Positions 32,222 through 35,345 of a stretch of DNA of 35,345 bases are shown here, in pieces. Each line of letters begins with the position of its first letter. The stretch's first letter is position 1. The position numbers were made by a program, and so were the translations under genes. The DNA comes from Octopus bimaculoides. Taxonomy: Eukaryota. The notes beneath the pieces were generated by a model. It saw only the letters and a program-made list of their open reading frames with translations, did no database searches and was not told the DNA's origin. The stretch covers positions 1,282,188-1,317,532 of the forward strand of contig NC_068983.1 in assembly GCF_001194135.2 (NCBI RefSeq), in the 5' to 3' direction.

Positions 32222-32425
32222 TACATACATAATGAGAACTTACAAGAAAAAAAACAAAGACGAAAACGGGTGTGTAAACAACAAACAAATATTTTAGTTT
32301 AACGCTCGGGAAGTGAGAAGGTCTTTTACGTTTCGAGCCTACGCTCTTCAGCAGAAACGAACAGAGAAATAAACAGGGAGAGTAAATAGAAAAAGGTTTT
32401 GTGGCTAACGATCTATCATGGCGAA
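32222..32425 (-). mobile_element. Microsatellite-flanked repeat carrying a degenerate hammerhead-like motif (Penelope-tail-like)
   Basis: T-rich segment around tttCTGCTGAAgagcgtaggctcGAAACGTAaaagac, bounded by (TACA)n tracts. Confidence 0.55.
32321..32358 (-). ncRNA. Degenerate minimal hammerhead-like motif
   Basis: Stem I UUU/AAA, core CUGCUGA (A6 to C), perfect stem II GAGC-GUAG-GCUC, GAAAC-GU-A with palindromic ACGU helix III. Confidence 0.5.
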
Positions 32426-32429
32426 TGTA

Positions 32430-32494
<65 letters not shown>

Positions 32495-33899
32495 NNNNNN
32501 NNNNNNNNNNNNNNNNNNNNNNNNNNNNNNNNNNNNNNNNNNNNNNNNNNNNNNNNNNNNNNNNNNNNNNNNNNNNNNNNNNNNNNNNNNNNNNNNNNNN
32601 NNNNNNNNNNNNNNNNNNNNNNNNNNNNNNNNNNNNNNNNNNNNNNNNNNNNNNNNNNNNNNNNNNNNNNNNNNNNNNNNNNNNNNNNNNNNNNNNNNNN
32701 NNNNNNNNNNNNNNNNNNNNNNNNNNNNNNNNNNNNNNNNNNNNNNNNNNNNNNNNNNNNNNNNNNNNNNNNNNNNNNNNNNNNNNNNNNNNNNNNNNNN
32801 NNNNNNNNNNNNNNNNNNNNNNNNNNNNNNNNNNNNNNNNNNNNNNNNNNNNNNNNNNNNNNNNNNNNNNNNNNNNNNNNNNNNNNNNNNNNNNNNNNNN
32901 NNNNNNNNNNNNNNNNNNNNNNNNNNNNNNNNNNNNNNNNNNNNNNNNNNNNNNNNNNNNNNNNNNNNNNNNNNNNNNNNNNNNNNNNNNNNNNNNNNNN
33001 NNNNNNNNNNNNNNNNNNNNNNNNNNNNNNNNNNNNNNNNNNNNNNNNNNNNNNNNNNNNNNNNNNNNNNNNNNNNNNNNNNNNNNNNNNNNNNNNNNNN
33101 NNNNNNNNNNNNNNNNNNNNNNNNNNNNNNNNNNNNNNNNNNNNNNNNNNNNNNNNNNNNNNNNNNNNNNNNNNNNNNNNNNNNNNNNNNNNNNNNNNNN
33201 NNNNNNNNNNNNNNNNNNNNNNNNNNNNNNNNNNNNNNNNNNNNNNNNNNNNNNNNNNNNNNNNNNNNNNNNNNNNNNNNNNNNNNNNNNNNNNNNNNNN
33301 NNNNNNNNNNNNNNNNNNNNNNNNNNNNNNNNNNNNNNNNNNNNNNNNTATATATATACCTACAATCTATTCATAAATATGCTTGTGTATCCACAAACAC
33401 ATACAAACATATCCACATCAGAGACACATACGCACGCACAGACACACACACATACGTATTTCCCCCTTTAATGAATTGTCTATTGACAGACACAATAAAG
33501 CTACAAAGAGCTTTATTTAATTAGAATTAAACGCGGATTACGGAGAGTCTGATAGTTGCCGTCAGCCTTTTCTTAGAGTATCATCTTGTCGTTCGTGTTA
33601 TCTCCCCCCGTAGGACAAGACGCTTCAATTCAGGCGATGCACACCTCGGTAAGGTGATACATACCTTGGTAATGTGATACATAATGCATCGTACAAATAT
33701 AGGAGATATATAAACAGTTGAGATAATCATGATTGTTTGCTTGTACGTATCTAGGGACCGTTTCTTTGTCATTGCATTCCTCTCTCTCTCTCTCTCTCTC
33801 TCTCTGACTGTGAACTTGCTTACATATGACTGGTACTGAGTGGGACCTCTAGGTGGAAGAATATGTAGGTCTTATACACAGTAATGTATGAAACGTAAT

Positions 33900-34485
33900 A
33901 CCTACATCCAATTGCATATATCTATTTATATATACGTATAAATATGCGTGTGTATGTGTATATGTGTATGTGCGTATGTGTGTGTGTGTATGTGAGAGTG
34001 AGAGAAAGAAAGATAGAGGGAATTGGTGTCTATATGGGTATAATATTGTCATAGAAACAATAGTGCATGTATGTGTGTTTGGTTGTGTATATATATGTCT
34101 ATAAATAATGACAAGATTGTTAAGAACGACATAAATGAATAGATTGACAAAACATCCTAATGTCTACCAACCTGTCTGTCTACCTGTCTAGCTACTCTAT
34201 CTGTATGTGTGTATAGGTATGTATGTATGTATGTATGTATGTATGTATGTATGTATGTATGTATGCATGTACGTATGTATGTATGTGTGTGTGTATGTGT
34301 GTGTGTATGTAGGTATGTATGCATATTTGTATGTAAGTATGCATGTTCGTATCTATCTACCTGTGTCTATCTATGGATGTGTCTACGTATCACTCCCTGC
34401 TGAAACGCACACTCAGATGCATACGCACACACCCACACACACACACACACACACAGAAAGACATATGTACATAGATACATATATG
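33900..34485. repeat. (GT)/(GTAT)n/(CA)n microsatellite field
   Basis: Direct reading. Confidence 0.85.
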
Positions 34486-34487
34486 TA

Positions 34488-35335
34488 CAGAGCGTTCAGG
34501 ATTTGACAATTTTTCATATGTACTTTTTTTTTACGAACAGCTTGATATTTTGGTGAGCAGTCAACAGCCTTTGGAGGGCATAATGATTGAAGTTGTAGGT
34601 GAATAAAAGTTAGCTGACATGCAGAACTAGAAACCATGTGAATATCAGAAGAGAGTTACCAGTATCATAATGGTTCGCGCCGGATGTCAAAGCACCTGCC
34701 CTGTGAGCTCTGTAAAAGCAAGTGAGTTGGGCAGCGGCAACTACGAAAACCATGACCAGTAGAAAGGGTTACAGAAGGCGTTCTGACTGCCTCCACACGC
34801 CGGAATCCCCCCTACACCTTTGAATAGGACATTAGGCCGTATTCAGACGGCTATGCAAAGCTGCTGAAGATTGTCGTCAACCCTGGGTAGAATAGGTTAT
34901 TGCTGGAAGGCCATATGCGTGTGACAAAAGAATTCAACTCCTCGCTATATCTCCGGAAAGTGTCAGAAGTGGTTCTCATTTCTACGACTACAACCAAACT
35001 CAATTTCTGACTTCCTAATTCCTCCGACTGCAATCCCTTGGATGCGGCGCGGTTGAGCAAGACACCAAACTCACTGCCTGCAACACCAAGGCCGAGTTGG
35101 TGGTCAAGATCAAGGAGTTATTCGTAGATCGTCCCAAGGATTCATTGAGGAACACATTCCCCAGATTCCGGAGCCGTCTTGAGACCGTGGTTCAAGCTGA
35201 GGGCGGCTACTTTAAGTTAACTGTCATTTCCCAGTCATAATCTAGTATATATATATTTTTTATTATTTCAGACACTTTTATTTTTGGATGGGATATTATG
35301 TTTCCAAACTGTCGAATTTTAGCCCGAACACACTG
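34488..35335 (+). mobile_element. Internally deleted maT/DD37D-like (Tc1-mariner superfamily) transposon
   Basis: Plus-strand relic YAKLLKIVVNP...NSSDCNPLD...ACNTKAELVVKIKELF...RFRSRLETVVQAEGGYF; right TIR tgtcgaattttagcccgaacacactg mirrored by the diverged TA+cagagcgttcagg..atttgacaattt at 34488. Confidence 0.82.
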
Positions 35336-35345
35336 CAATTGTATA

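Overview
AT-rich, microsatellite-dense animal genomic DNA with ten N-gaps. The repeat landscape (several tRNA-derived SINE families, mariner/maT transposons, RTE- and R2/R4-group LINE relics) strongly resembles an octopus genome; this is an inference from remembered repeat families, not a search result. The only host gene is a minus-strand SLCO/OATP organic anion transporter. I reconstructed six coding exons with GT-AG boundaries and matching phases (13451-12605, 9823-9737, 8099-7926, 6755-6591, 4028-3827, 2453-2318; 1611 nt = 537 codons). It carries the OATP signature and a Kazal-like domain; the C-terminal exons (about TM10-12) are not visible. The rest is intron, intergenic and transposon debris. 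The most interesting non-standard signals are two degenerate minimal hammerhead-ribozyme-like motifs (about 22290-22333 and 32321-32358). One lies back-to-back with a tRNA-like SINE head in a 5'-inversion geometry. The window also shows head/tail module swapping among SINE families. I found no convincing evidence of a wholly new multi-gene system.
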